Source: Myxococcales bacterium (GTDB lineage: Bacteria > Myxococcota_A > UBA9042 > JABWCM01 > BTVJ01). From it: a stretch of DNA of 64,000 bases. Each line of letters opens with the position of its first letter. The stretch's first letter is position 1. This document shows, piece by piece, positions 1 to 9,800 of this stretch. The stretch covers positions 1 through 64,000 of the forward strand of contig BTVJ01000044.1 of the NCBI GenBank assembly GCA_045863395.1, in the 5' to 3' direction. A program made the translations under genes and the position numbers. Under the pieces are notes generated by a model, which did no database searches, was not told the DNA's origin, and worked only from the letters and a program-made list of their open reading frames with translations.

Positions 1-97
1 CCATCCCAGAAGACCGTCCGGAGACAATCGGATGGATGGGGGTTGACAAGCGCAGGTAGTCGCGCTCGCAGCCCGCGAGCTTCGCGAGCAGGCGGGC

Positions 98-3000
98 ATG
101 TCAGCGATGCAGTACCTGTACCCGGCAGTCGTGCACCTGTGCGCGCAGCGCGGCTACGACCTGTTTCCTGCTGCCGACGAGGTCGAGTTCCACAACCACC
201 TCGGGCAGGTGAAGGGCAAGACGCTGCAGCAGACGATCGCGATGGCGAACCGAGGCTGGCTTCGCGCCACGCGCTCCTTCGCGCAGGCCATCTTCAGCGA
301 GCTGACCGACCGCTACTACTCACTGCAAGCGCTCGCCCTCGCCACTATCGAGGAGGACCCGGACACCGCCGACATCGTCTTCGATGATTTTCCGAGCGTC
401 GGCCTCGACGCCGATGCCCAGAGAGTGCTGTTCCGCGCCTGGCTGCGACAGCACTTGGAGCGTCGCTCGTTCCGCCCCGACGGCGCGGAGACGCGCGAGC
501 TCGGCGAAGGCTGGGCCCACCCGCAGGGCATCAACGCGGCGCGCATCGAGCACGTGCTGCCCAACCGCTTTGACCAGTACCTGGCCCACGTCCTCGGTGG
601 CGACACGGCCAGGGTCGACGAGGTGAACAAGTGGTTCCAGCACGTCGTGCGCGACAAGGGCCTCCTGCACTTCGAGAGCGACCTCTACTACCTCCAACTT
701 CAAGGCCTGAGCCTGCACCTACGGCTCGACGCCAACTGGCTGCGCTGCCAGGACTGCGCGCGCATCCACCCCGAGGCACTGGCCAATGCGTGCCCCGCGT
801 GCCTGGGCGCCGTCGTCGAGGTCGATCCCGACTACCTCGACGCGCGCACCGGCTTCTACCGGCAGCAAGTGCGGCGCGCCTTCGATGAGCGCGCGCTCGA
901 ACCGTTCGGCCTTTCGGCGGCCGAGCACTCAGCGCAGCTCACCGGCCAGCCCGACGAGAGCGCCTTCAACAAGGTTGAGGAGTACGAGCTGCGCTTCCAA
1001 GACGTGCCGCTCGACAACCTCCCGCTGATCGACGTGCTGAGCTGCACGACGACGATGGAGGTCGGCATCGACATCGGCGCGTTGTCCGGCGTCGCGCTGC
1101 GCAACGTGCCTCCTCACGTCGCGAACTACCAGCAGCGGGCAGGTCGGGCGGGCCGCCGTGGGCGCTCGATCGCGTCGGTCATCACCTACGCGCACGGCAC
1201 CTCTCACGACGCTCACTTCTTCGACCACCCCGAGCAGATCATCTCGGGCGACGTGCGAGCGCCGGTCGTCTACGTCGAGAACCAGCAGGTGCTCACGCGG
1301 CACATTCACGCCTATCTCGTGCAGCGCTTCTTCCACGAGCGCGTGCCGCCGGACCCGACCAGCTACGACCTCTTCGGCTCGCTCGGCTCCGTCGAGCAGT
1401 TCCTCTCCGAGGCGCACCCGTGCTCGTTGCTCAAGCTCGAGGCGTGGCTCGACGAAAACGCCGACGTCCTGCAGCGTGAGCTCGCCGGCTGGGTGCCTGC
1501 GTTCAGCTTCGGCCTCAACGAGCCCGTCGCCGAGGTCCAGGACACGATTCGCGAGGCCATCGGCAACACCAAGCGGCGCATTCGGGACGTGCTCCCGGTC
1601 GCGGAGTACGCGTCCCGTGAGACGCTCGCGGATCTCGAGCGCGGGTCGCTGGAGCGTCGTCTGGAGGAGCCGCTGCTCGAGACGCTCATCGGTCAGGCGG
1701 TTTTCCCCCGCTATGCGTTCCCGACCGACGTGGTGACGTTCTGGGTCTCTAAGCCCCGGCAGCAAGGCGACGCTCCCAACAAGCGGACCTTCGACTACGA
1801 ACCGCAGCGCGACCTTCAGCTCGCGCTCTCGGAGTACGCTCCTGGCCGAAGCCTCACCATCGACAAGTGGCGCTTCGAGTCGGCGGCGCTCTACTCGCCC
1901 TATGAGCCGAGCGCGGCGCACATGATTCAGCGGCAGCGCCCGTACACGTCGTGCAGCGACTGCTCGTGGGCGACGATGGACGGCGCGATGGCCCAGGCGA
2001 CCCTGTGTCCCGTCTGCGGAAGCGACCAGCTCACGCGCACCGCGTTCATCACGCCCGCTGGCTTCGCGCCCGACCTCAACGCCAAGCGTGAGGTCGATCG
2101 TGGCCAGGCCATCAGCTATGCGGGCATGACCGACCGCGCGCGGCTCGAACCGCAGGACCCGCCTTCGGCGTGGACGGAGGAGGCGGGCTGCGACGGCCGC
2201 CTGCTCCGGTGGACCGGCCCGCGCTTCCTCGTGATGGTGAACAAGGGCGTCGGCCAGCGCGGCTTCCGCGTGTGCCCCGACTGCGGCCGCTCGGAGCCGG
2301 AGTACGGCCCTGGCTTCACCACGACGAAGCTCATGAAGAAGGGCGCGCCGACCTCGCACGACCACCCGTTAGAGCGGGGGAAGGTCTGCGCGGGCGTCGC
2401 CGACGGCCCGTTCTATCTCGGGCACGAGTTCCCCACCGATGCACTGCTCCTGCGCTTGCGCGTGACCGCGCCGGTGCAGCTCGGCGCGGCGACCACGACG
2501 GGGCTCATCACGCGCGCCTCGCGCATGGCGCTGTCGTCGCTGGTCGAAGCCCTCGGCCTCGCAGCGTCGCGCACGCTGCAGATCGACGAGGGCGAGCTGT
2601 CCGGCTGGTGGACGCCCGTGATGGGTGGACGCCCCGACGAGGCGCAGCTTTACCTGTACGACCTCTTGCCCGGTGGCGCGGGCTACGCGCGGGCTGTCGG
2701 CAACGATCTGCCCGAGGTACTTGATGCTGCCGAGGCACTCCTCGGCGGGTGTGACTGTCCGTCGTCCTGCTACCGGTGCATCCGCCACTACGGCAACAAC
2801 TGGATTCACGCCTCGCTCGACCGCCACCTCGCGCTCGCGCTCCTTCGCCACCTGCGCACGGGCGAGCTTCCGAGCCTGACCGACCCGGACAAGGACCGCG
2901 CGCTCGTGGCGCTGCGGCAGCTCCTCGCGCTGCGAGGCATCGCGTGTGAGGAGAACGTGAACCTCGGCGGCACGCGCGTCCCGCTCATCATCCAACTCTC

Positions 3001-3184
3001 CAACTCGCGGGTATGCGTGGATGTTCATCATCCGCTGATCGATCCGCTTGCGCACGACTCTCCGGTCATCGCAGCGGCGCGCTCGCAGTTCCTCGAGGCC
3101 GTGTCGCTGGATGCGTTCGACCTTCTTCACGATCTGCCTGCCGCCGTGGCGCGCCTGAAGCTGCCGAACGGAGCGGTGGGATGA
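98..3184 (+). CDS. SF2 helicase, C-terminal part, with DUF1998 Zn-binding domain (DruE/MrfA-like); N-terminal ATPase half missing, probably interrupted
   Basis: HSAQL, DVLSCTTTMEVGIDIG and YQQRAGRAGRR helicase-C motifs; several CxxC pairs; LYDLLPGGAGY...CDCPSSCYRC DUF1998 signature. No Walker A or DExH motif; in-frame TGA at 44-46. Confidence 0.85.
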   Translation: MSAMQYLYPAVVHLCAQRGYDLFPAADEVEFHNHLGQVKGKTLQQTIAMANRGWLRATRSFAQAIFSELTDRYYSLQALALATIEEDPDTADIVFDDFPSVGLDADAQRVLFRAWLRQHLERRSFRPDGAETRELGEGWAHPQGINAARIEHVLPNRFDQYLAHVLGGDTARVDEVNKWFQHVVRDKGLLHFESDLYYLQLQGLSLHLRLDANWLRCQDCARIHPEALANACPACLGAVVEVDPDYLDARTGFYRQQVRRAFDERALEPFGLSAAEHSAQLTGQPDESAFNKVEEYELRFQDVPLDNLPLIDVLSCTTTMEVGIDIGALSGVALRNVPPHVANYQQRAGRAGRRGRSIASVITYAHGTSHDAHFFDHPEQIISGDVRAPVVYVENQQVLTRHIHAYLVQRFFHERVPPDPTSYDLFGSLGSVEQFLSEAHPCSLLKLEAWLDENADVLQRELAGWVPAFSFGLNEPVAEVQDTIREAIGNTKRRIRDVLPVAEYASRETLADLERGSLERRLEEPLLETLIGQAVFPRYAFPTDVVTFWVSKPRQQGDAPNKRTFDYEPQRDLQLALSEYAPGRSLTIDKWRFESAALYSPYEPSAAHMIQRQRPYTSCSDCSWATMDGAMAQATLCPVCGSDQLTRTAFITPAGFAPDLNAKREVDRGQAISYAGMTDRARLEPQDPPSAWTEEAGCDGRLLRWTGPRFLVMVNKGVGQRGFRVCPDCGRSEPEYGPGFTTTKLMKKGAPTSHDHPLERGKVCAGVADGPFYLGHEFPTDALLLRLRVTAPVQLGAATTTGLITRASRMALSSLVEALGLAASRTLQIDEGELSGWWTPVMGGRPDEAQLYLYDLLPGGAGYARAVGNDLPEVLDAAEALLGGCDCPSSCYRCIRHYGNNWIHASLDRHLALALLRHLRTGELPSLTDPDKDRALVALRQLLALRGIACEENVNLGGTRVPLIIQLSNSRVCVDVHHPLIDPLAHDSPVIAAARSQFLEAVSLDAFDLLHDLPAAVARLKLPNGAVG

Positions 3185-4332
3185 GCTTCTATGAGCTGCA
3201 AGCGCCCACGGCGTGGGCGGACCCGCCGTCCACGTGGAGCAGCACGAGCCTCGACGACGTCGAGGCGTGCCCGCGCCGCTGGCAGCTCCTGCGTTCGCGC
3301 TGGGGCGACTTCGAGCGCTTCCCGGTACGTCCGCACCCGGCGGCCATCGAGGGGCAGATCGTTCACGAGGCGCTCGACCGGCTCACGCGCGCCTGCGGTC
3401 AGCGAGGCAACCCGGCGTTCGGCAGCGCGGAGTTCTCGGCCGCCCTGACCGACGCGGACTTCTTCCCGGGCTTCGCGCGGGCTGTCGCAGAGTGGCAGCA
3501 GCGCCTCACGGCGCACCCAAGACCTGGCCCCGCGTTCCGGCTCCGCGCGAGCGGCGAGGAGCTGGCGAACCGCGCAGTGCGCATGTTCCGCGAGCAGTAC
3601 AAGGCCGACGGGCACGTCACCTCGCAAGCCGCTGAGCGCGCGACGGACACGCCCGCCGATGTGAAGGCGCTCCTCAAGCAGAAGCGCGCCCTCTCCGAGG
3701 TGAGGCTGACCCATCCCCAGCTTCCGTTCCTCGGAATCCTCGACCGCGTGCAGGACGCAGGGGAGGGAGTCGAGGTCGTCGACTTCAAGACGGGCAAGCC
3801 GAGTGACAAGCATCGCAAGCAGCTCCTGCGCTACGCGCTCCTCTGGTGGCGCAAGACGGGCGACGCCCCGGTGCGTGTCAGCGCTCAGTACCTCGATGGC
3901 GTCGAGTCGTGGCCCGTTACGCAGGGCGCGCTCGAGGACGTCGAAGCGGACCTCGTGAAGAAGCTCCCGCTGCTGACCGATGTGCTCGGCGCTCACCCCG
4001 CGGCGGCGAAGCCCGGCACCGGCTGCCACACGTGCGCTGTCCGAGCGCGCTGCGCGGCAGGCTGGGCCGTGGGCGAAGAAGCAGCACTCGCCGATGGACG
4101 CGGCGACGCGGAGCTGGTCGTGCAGGCGAAGGCCGGCGACCATGGCTTCCTCGCCCGCTCACGCACTGGCGCCGAGATTGCCGTCGTCTACGAAGCCCCC
4201 GTCGCGAAGCTCCTCCCCGAGCACGTCGAAGGCCAGGTGCTTCGGGTCCTCGACGGGGTGTGGAAGGAGAAGCGCACGCAGCTCGAACTCAAGGCGTGGA
4301 CCGAGGTCTTCGTCGTGAAGCAGGGGCCGTGA
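3181..4332 (+). CDS. PD-(D/E)XK nuclease, RecB/Cas4/AddB-like, probable Fe-S cluster, with C-terminal OB-like domain
   Basis: ATGA overlap with the helicase stop; motifs CPRRW, GQIVHEAL, E..GILD..VVDFKTG, QLLRY and CHTCAVRARC (1+3 Cys pattern). Confidence 0.85.
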   Translation: MSFYELQAPTAWADPPSTWSSTSLDDVEACPRRWQLLRSRWGDFERFPVRPHPAAIEGQIVHEALDRLTRACGQRGNPAFGSAEFSAALTDADFFPGFARAVAEWQQRLTAHPRPGPAFRLRASGEELANRAVRMFREQYKADGHVTSQAAERATDTPADVKALLKQKRALSEVRLTHPQLPFLGILDRVQDAGEGVEVVDFKTGKPSDKHRKQLLRYALLWWRKTGDAPVRVSAQYLDGVESWPVTQGALEDVEADLVKKLPLLTDVLGAHPAAAKPGTGCHTCAVRARCAAGWAVGEEAALADGRGDAELVVQAKAGDHGFLARSRTGAEIAVVYEAPVAKLLPEHVEGQVLRVLDGVWKEKRTQLELKAWTEVFVVKQGP

Positions 4333-4708
4333 GAGCCCGACCGCGCCCACGCCCCGCTACCGCGCTCGGCGCGCCACGCGCCAACGTGGGCGCCCGTTCC
4401 GCCCTCGCGCGGGACAGCGCCCCGATGATCAACAGTCCCACCCGGCGCGGGACAGTTGATCGCCCGGTCACGGTCCCGGAAACCGAGGGTCGGCTGTTAA
4501 CCGCGTCTCGGCTTCTCTCTCCCCACGGGACCGAGAAGAGAGCGCAAACGCTGTCCCGCGCGCGGTCGACGCGCTCGTCTTCACGCGCGCGTCGCTCTCT
4601 TTTGCGAACGCCATCCCGGCGCGCGCGACGCTCGCCCAGGCGCAAACCCTCGGGGAATCAGGGGAGAAAAGACAACGGCCCCGGAGATCGCTCTCAGGGG
4701 CCGCTGTT

Positions 4709-4742
4709 AAAAAGTGCGGGGTCGCGTTTCCGCGACCCCGCA
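4709..4742 (-). terminator. Intrinsic terminator downstream of tRNA-Asn
   Basis: Hairpin TGCGGGGTCGCG-GAAA-CGCGACCCCGCA followed by a T run on the minus strand. Confidence 0.8.
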
Positions 4743-4746
4743 TGAA

Positions 4747-4822
4747 TGGCTCCGGCTGTAGGACTCGAACCTACGACCCGGCGGTTAACAGCCGCCTGCT
4801 CTACCAACTGAGCTAAGCCGGA
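4747..4822 (-). tRNA. tRNA-Asn(GTT)
   Basis: Reverse complement TCCGGCTTAGCTCAGTTGGTAGAGCAGGCGGCTGTTAACCGCCGGGTCGTAGGTTCGAGTCCTACAGCCGGAGCCA folds as a cloverleaf with encoded CCA. Confidence 0.98.
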
Positions 4823-4982
4823 ATCCTGCTGCCCGCCCCCGACATCGCCCGGGACGGGCCGCTGCGGGGACGGACCTTAGGGGATGCTCGCTGCCTCGTC
4901 AAGCGAAAAATGGGGCGTGCCCTCGCCGTGCTCGCTGTGCTAGGGTGCCGCGGCCTCGCACCGCTGGGGCTCGGAGGTCTGG

Positions 4983-6665
4983 ATGGTTCGGTTGGTGGCG
5001 CTCGGTGGCCTTGGAGAGATCGGCCTCAACCTGATGGTGCTGTCCGTGGGGGAGGACAGCTTCATCATCGACTGCGGGGTGCAGTTCCCCGACGCCTCCA
5101 TGCCGGGGGCCGACCTGGTGCTGCCCGATCTGCGGTACCTGGAGGGCATCTCCGGGCGTATCCGGGCGCTGATCCTGACGCACGGCCACGAGGACCACAT
5201 CGGGGCCGTCCCGCACGTGCTCAAGCTCTGTCCCGTGCCCGTGTACGGGACGCCGTTCACCCTCGGGCTCGTGCATGAGAAGCTGCTGGAGCATGGCCTC
5301 GCTGGCACCGTCCACACCATCCCGATCACGCCCGCCACGACGCTCCCGCTCGGGGACGTGACCTTCGAGTTCGTGCGGGTGACGCACTCCATCCCCGACT
5401 GTGTGTCGCTGGTGGCTCGGACGCCGGCGGGGACCATCATCCATACCGGGGACTGGAAGATCGACAAGGACCCGGTGGACGGGCAGCACTTCGACCGGGC
5501 GCGCTTCGAGGCGCTTGGCGACGAGGGGGTGCACCTGCTGCTGTCCGACTCGACCAATGCCGAGGTGCCTGGGTGGAACCGCGGGGAGCGGGAGGTCGCC
5601 GCCGCCATCGAGTCGCGGGTCGCCGCCTGGGAGGGGAGGGTGCTCGTGACCCTGTTCTCCTCCAATGTGCACCGCGTCGGGCAGGTGTTCGACATCGCGA
5701 AGCGCTGCGGGCGCAAGGTGTGCCTCGTCGGGCGCTCGCTGCAGAAGTACGTGGCCGTGGCGCGCTCCGTTGGCATCTTCACCCACTCCCTCGGGGACGT
5801 CGTCGACTCGCGGAAGCTCGACACGATGGCCGGGCGCGACGTGCTCGTGATCCTCACTGGTAGCCAGGGGGAGGGGCGCTCGGCGCTGGCGCAGGCCGCC
5901 CTCGGGGAGCACCGCGATCTGGTCATCGGGCCCGAGGACCTGCTGATCTTCTCCAGCCGCAAGATTCCCGGGAACGAGCGGGCCATCGCGCGCATGATCA
6001 ACGCCATCGCGCGCCAGGGGGCCCACGTGGTGCACGGCTATGGCACCGGGGTGCACACCTCGGGGCACGCGGCGCGGGACGAGCTGGCCGAGATGCTCGT
6101 CCTGACGCGGCCGCGCCACTTCGTCCCCGTGCACGGGGAGTACGCGTTCCTGCAGCGGCACGCGGAGCTCGCGCGAGAGCTGGGCGTGCAGAACACGCTG
6201 GTCGCCGAGAACGGCCACATCCTGGACGTCACGCCCGAGAGCGTCTCGATCAGCGGGCGGGTGCGCCTGTCGAACTACTACGTGGACGCGGACATCACCG
6301 CCGACGCCGATGCGCTGGAGCTGCACGAGCGCGTGCGCCTCGCCTGGAACGGGGTCGTCAGCGTGTGGCTGCGCGTCGAGCGTACCCGTGAGGGCATCCG
6401 CGTCGTGCCGCGCCTGTCCTCGCACGGTCTCTACACGGACGAGGAGCGCCTCATCGGGGCGTGCGCGACCTACCTGGCCGACGAGATGGCGCTCCTGCCC
6501 GCCTTCGCTCCGGCCCGCGACATCAGCGACAGCGCCGAGCTGCTGGTGCGCCGCTACTTCAAGCGCGCCACCGGCAAGAAGCCCGTCGTGCTCGTGGCCC
6601 TCGAGGAGGTCGCCGAGGTCGCCGCGGTCTCCCAGAGAAGCCAGGTCCCCGAGGCCCACGCATGA
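4983..6665 (+). CDS. rnj: Ribonuclease J
   Basis: LGGLGEIG, THGHEDHIG, HTGDWK, GSQGE, HTSGHA and PVHGE motifs. Confidence 0.95.
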   Translation: MVRLVALGGLGEIGLNLMVLSVGEDSFIIDCGVQFPDASMPGADLVLPDLRYLEGISGRIRALILTHGHEDHIGAVPHVLKLCPVPVYGTPFTLGLVHEKLLEHGLAGTVHTIPITPATTLPLGDVTFEFVRVTHSIPDCVSLVARTPAGTIIHTGDWKIDKDPVDGQHFDRARFEALGDEGVHLLLSDSTNAEVPGWNRGEREVAAAIESRVAAWEGRVLVTLFSSNVHRVGQVFDIAKRCGRKVCLVGRSLQKYVAVARSVGIFTHSLGDVVDSRKLDTMAGRDVLVILTGSQGEGRSALAQAALGEHRDLVIGPEDLLIFSSRKIPGNERAIARMINAIARQGAHVVHGYGTGVHTSGHAARDELAEMLVLTRPRHFVPVHGEYAFLQRHAELARELGVQNTLVAENGHILDVTPESVSISGRVRLSNYYVDADITADADALELHERVRLAWNGVVSVWLRVERTREGIRVVPRLSSHGLYTDEERLIGACATYLADEMALLPAFAPARDISDSAELLVRRYFKRATGKKPVVLVALEEVAEVAAVSQRSQVPEAHA

Positions 6666-7261
6666 CCCGCGTCCCCTCCTGCGGCCGCGTCGACTACGTG
6701 AAGGGCGGCACGGCCCCGGACCACTACCCGGACGCCGACCTGCCCGAGGTCGCCTTCGTCGGGCGCTCCAACGTCGGCAAGTCGACGCTCATCAACGTCC
6801 TGACGAACCGCCGGGGCCTCGCTCGCACCTCGAACACGCCCGGCCGCACCCAGCAGCTCAACTGGTTCCGCGTCGACGACCGGCTGCTCCTCGCGGACCT
6901 GCCGGGCTACGGCTACGCAAAGGTCCCCGTCTCGGTCAAGCGCGCCTGGCGCCCGATGATCGACACCTACCTCACGAAGAGGCAGAACCTGCGCCTGGTC
7001 ATCGTCATCCTCGACATCCGCCGCGAGCCCGGTGCCGAGGAGCACGAGCTCATCGAGTGGCTCCAGGAGCGGCAGCGGCCAACCCTGCTCGCGGTCACCA
7101 AGATCGACAAGTTCGCGAAGAACCAACGCTACGCCCGCTACAAGGCCATCGCCGAGGACCTGGGGCTCTCCCGCGACCACCTGTTCCCGTTCTCCGGCCT
7201 GTCGGGCGAGGGGCGGGAGGCGCTCTGGGAGGCAATCGTTGATGTGACGGAGCGCGATTGA
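6662..7261 (+). CDS. engB: Ribosome biogenesis GTPase YihA/YsxC
   Basis: GRSNVGKS, SNTPGRT, DLPGYG and TKID motifs; ATGA overlap with rnj. Confidence 0.95.
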   Translation: MTRVPSCGRVDYVKGGTAPDHYPDADLPEVAFVGRSNVGKSTLINVLTNRRGLARTSNTPGRTQQLNWFRVDDRLLLADLPGYGYAKVPVSVKRAWRPMIDTYLTKRQNLRLVIVILDIRREPGAEEHELIEWLQERQRPTLLAVTKIDKFAKNQRYARYKAIAEDLGLSRDHLFPFSGLSGEGREALWEAIVDVTERD

Positions 7262-7707
7262 GCGAGCTTCGAATCGAACCCATGCGCTCGGAGGATCTCT
7301 CGGCCGTTTCCTCTCTCGAATCGTCCGCATATGCCCATCCCTGGCCCGAAGCTACCTTTCGCGACGAGCTCGCCAACCCCTGGTCTACGTGCGTCGTGCT
7401 CCGCGACGGCGACCGCATCGTCGCGCACCTGGTCACGTGGTCCGTCGCCGACGAGCTGACCATCATGAACGTCGCCGTGGACCCGACCCGGCGGCGCCAG
7501 GGCCTCGCGGAGCGGCTCCTCCTCGATGCCCTCGCGACCGCTCGCGGCGCGGGTCTGCGCGTCGCGCTCCTCGAGGTGCGCGCCTCGAACGTGGCCGCCC
7601 GCGCCCTCTACGAGAAGCTCGGCTTCCGGGTCTCCGGGGTCCGGCGGCGCTACTACGAGAGCAACGGCGAGGACGCCGTGCTCATGGAGCTGGTCCTCGC
7701 CCCCTGA
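7258..7707 (+). CDS. rimI: Ribosomal protein S18 alanine N-acetyltransferase
   Basis: NVAVDP..RRQGLA, LEVRASN..A..LY..LGF, RRRYY..GEDA; TTG start. Confidence 0.9.
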   Translation: MSELRIEPMRSEDLSAVSSLESSAYAHPWPEATFRDELANPWSTCVVLRDGDRIVAHLVTWSVADELTIMNVAVDPTRRRQGLAERLLLDALATARGAGLRVALLEVRASNVAARALYEKLGFRVSGVRRRYYESNGEDAVLMELVLAP

Positions 7708-7863
7708 CCCCCTCGAATCCCCACCTTCCCGTGCCACCTCCGCCGCTTGCGCTCCGGCGTCCACACCCTGTGGACATCTTTTTTTTCACGACCGCGCACT
7801 GCGCCCTTGTCCGTCCCCAAGGTGGGCTCGTACCATCGGCCCGTCATCGCAGACGGGGAGACC

Positions 7864-8208
7864 ATGCCACGATCCAGTGTGTTCGATCCTGAGTTCGAGC
7901 TTGACCGGGCGCTCGCCGCATTGCCCTTCGACGAGCTCGTCCACCGGCGCTTGGAGCCGGTCGTCCGCCAGCTCTCCGGCGCGACCGACCTCTACCGCAC
8001 CGTCGTCGCCCAGGTGGAGCGCCCGCTCATCGTGCTCGCCCTCCAGCGGACGGGGGGCAATCAGATCCAGGCGGCCCAGCTCCTGGGCATCAACCGGAAC
8101 ACCCTGCACAAGAAGTGCGTCGAGCACGGCATCGACCCGGCCGCTCCGGCGTGGGAGCGACCCTCCCGGCTCGGCCACACCGTGGACGGACCCCATGCCG
8201 AAGCCTGA
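7864..8208 (+). CDS. Stand-alone Fis-family HTH protein
   Basis: VERPLIVLALQRTGGNQIQAAQLLGINRNTLHKK; GGGGAG RBS before the ATG at 7864. Confidence 0.85.
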   Translation: MPRSSVFDPEFELDRALAALPFDELVHRRLEPVVRQLSGATDLYRTVVAQVERPLIVLALQRTGGNQIQAAQLLGINRNTLHKKCVEHGIDPAAPAWERPSRLGHTVDGPHAEA

Positions 8209-8842
8209 GATCCCGCGCGGCCTCTGCGCCATCCTGGACGGGGACCTGGTCCCCGCCGCGCGCCTGCCTGCCGTCGCGGCGGCCATGGCGGAGGCCGGCG
8301 CCCAGTGGATCCAGCTCCGGTGGAAGGGCGCCACCGGCCATGATCTCCACGAGGCCGCCCTGGCCGTCCGCCAGGCCCTCCCGAACGTCCTCTTCCTCAT
8401 CAATGACCGCCCCGACATCGCGCGGCTCGTGGGCGCCGACGGCGTTCACCTGGGCCAGGAGGACATGCCTCCCTCCGCGGCACGCAAGGTGCTGGGGGAC
8501 GACGCGATCATCGGGCTGTCCACCCACAACGTGGACGACGTCTGGGCCGCCCGCGACGAGCCCGTCGACTACATCGGCTTCGGCCCCGTGTTTCCCACCG
8601 CCAGCAAGCACGACACCGCCCCCGTGGTCGGCATCGACGGCCTCCGCGAGGCGGCGAGCGAGGCCTCCGTGCCCGTCGTCGCCATCGGGGGCATCGACGC
8701 GGCCCGCGCCCCCGCGGCCCTCGGGGCCGGCGCGCGGGCGGTCGCCATGATCGGCGCCGTCTGCGGCAACAGGGGCGGCGCCGACGCCGCAAGCCGCGTC
8801 GCGGAGGTGCTCCACGCCATCGGGCTCGGGGCGCGCCAGTGA
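8195..8842 (+). CDS. thiE: Thiamine phosphate synthase
   Basis: IQLRWK, IND, DGVHLGQED, GLSTH, GPVFPTASK and VAIGGI motifs. Confidence 0.93.
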   Translation: MPKPEIPRGLCAILDGDLVPAARLPAVAAAMAEAGAQWIQLRWKGATGHDLHEAALAVRQALPNVLFLINDRPDIARLVGADGVHLGQEDMPPSAARKVLGDDAIIGLSTHNVDDVWAARDEPVDYIGFGPVFPTASKHDTAPVVGIDGLREAASEASVPVVAIGGIDAARAPAALGAGARAVAMIGAVCGNRGGADAASRVAEVLHAIGLGARQ

Positions 8843-9714
8843 CGGAGGGGCCCTGGACCGTCCTGCGCGCCCTGACCTGGACCCGAGACTTCTTCCAGCA
8901 GCAGGGAGTCCCCCGGCCCCGCCTCGACGCCGAGGTGCTGCTCGCGCATGTGCTGTCGACCGAGCGCATCCAGCTCTACGCCTGGCATGACCGCCCGCTG
9001 GCCCCGGAGGAGCGGTCCGCCTTCCGCGCCCTGGTGCTGCGCCGCGCCCAGGGGGAGCCGGTCGCCTACCTGACCGGCCACCGGGAGTTCTGGTCGCTGG
9101 ACTTCGAGGTCACCCGCGACACGCTGATTCCCCGCCCCGACACGGAGGTCCTCGTCGAGGAGGCCGTCGCCCGCCTGCGCGCCCCGGGCGCCCCGTGGGG
9201 AGGCTCCGCACGCATCGTCGACGTGGGCACGGGGACCGGCTGCATAGCCATCGCCCTGGCACGGGAGCTTCCGGGCGCCTCCATCCTCGCAACCGACGTC
9301 TCTGGCCCGGCCCTGGCCGTCGCGGCGCGCAACGCAGCGACCCATGGCGTCGCCGACCGCGTCCTCTTCGCGCAAGGCCACCTGCTGCGTCCCGCGGAGC
9401 CGCCGCTGGACGCCGTGGTCTCCAACCCGCCCTACATCCCCTCGGCGCAGATCCTGGAGCTCATGCGCGACGTGCAGCACTTCGAGCCCCGCCGCGCCCT
9501 GGACGGGGGGGCCGACGGGGACGCCGCCTACCGGGAGCTGGTGCCCGCGGCCGCCGCCCTCCTGCGCCCTGGTGGGCTCCTGATCCTCGAGATTGGGGAC
9601 GCGGCCCAGGCCGAGCGGGTCCTCGCCCTCCTCACCGCCTCCTTCCGGGACCCCTGGCGACGGGCCGACTACGCAGGCCAGGTGCGGGTGGTGGGCGCCG
9701 TGCGCGCGGGCTGA
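8839..9714 (+). CDS. prmC: Release factor glutamine methyltransferase
   Basis: EPVAYLTG, LIPRPDTE, DVGTGTG and SNPPY motifs. Confidence 0.95.
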   Translation: MTEGPWTVLRALTWTRDFFQQQGVPRPRLDAEVLLAHVLSTERIQLYAWHDRPLAPEERSAFRALVLRRAQGEPVAYLTGHREFWSLDFEVTRDTLIPRPDTEVLVEEAVARLRAPGAPWGGSARIVDVGTGTGCIAIALARELPGASILATDVSGPALAVAARNAATHGVADRVLFAQGHLLRPAEPPLDAVVSNPPYIPSAQILELMRDVQHFEPRRALDGGADGDAAYRELVPAAAALLRPGGLLILEIGDAAQAERVLALLTASFRDPWRRADYAGQVRVVGAVRAG

Positions 9715-9800
9715 TCTCACGCCGACTCCCGGTATCGACGAATGGGCCGGGCCGGGGTATCATCCCCCGGTCAACGCCAGAGAACGGGAAACGAGGGCAC

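Noticed and set aside
929..2365. Long antisense ORFs (also 4899-6659, 9771-11471, 21393-23561, 45243-46991 and others)
   Set aside because: Shadow frames of real genes in high-GC DNA; no recognisable motifs.
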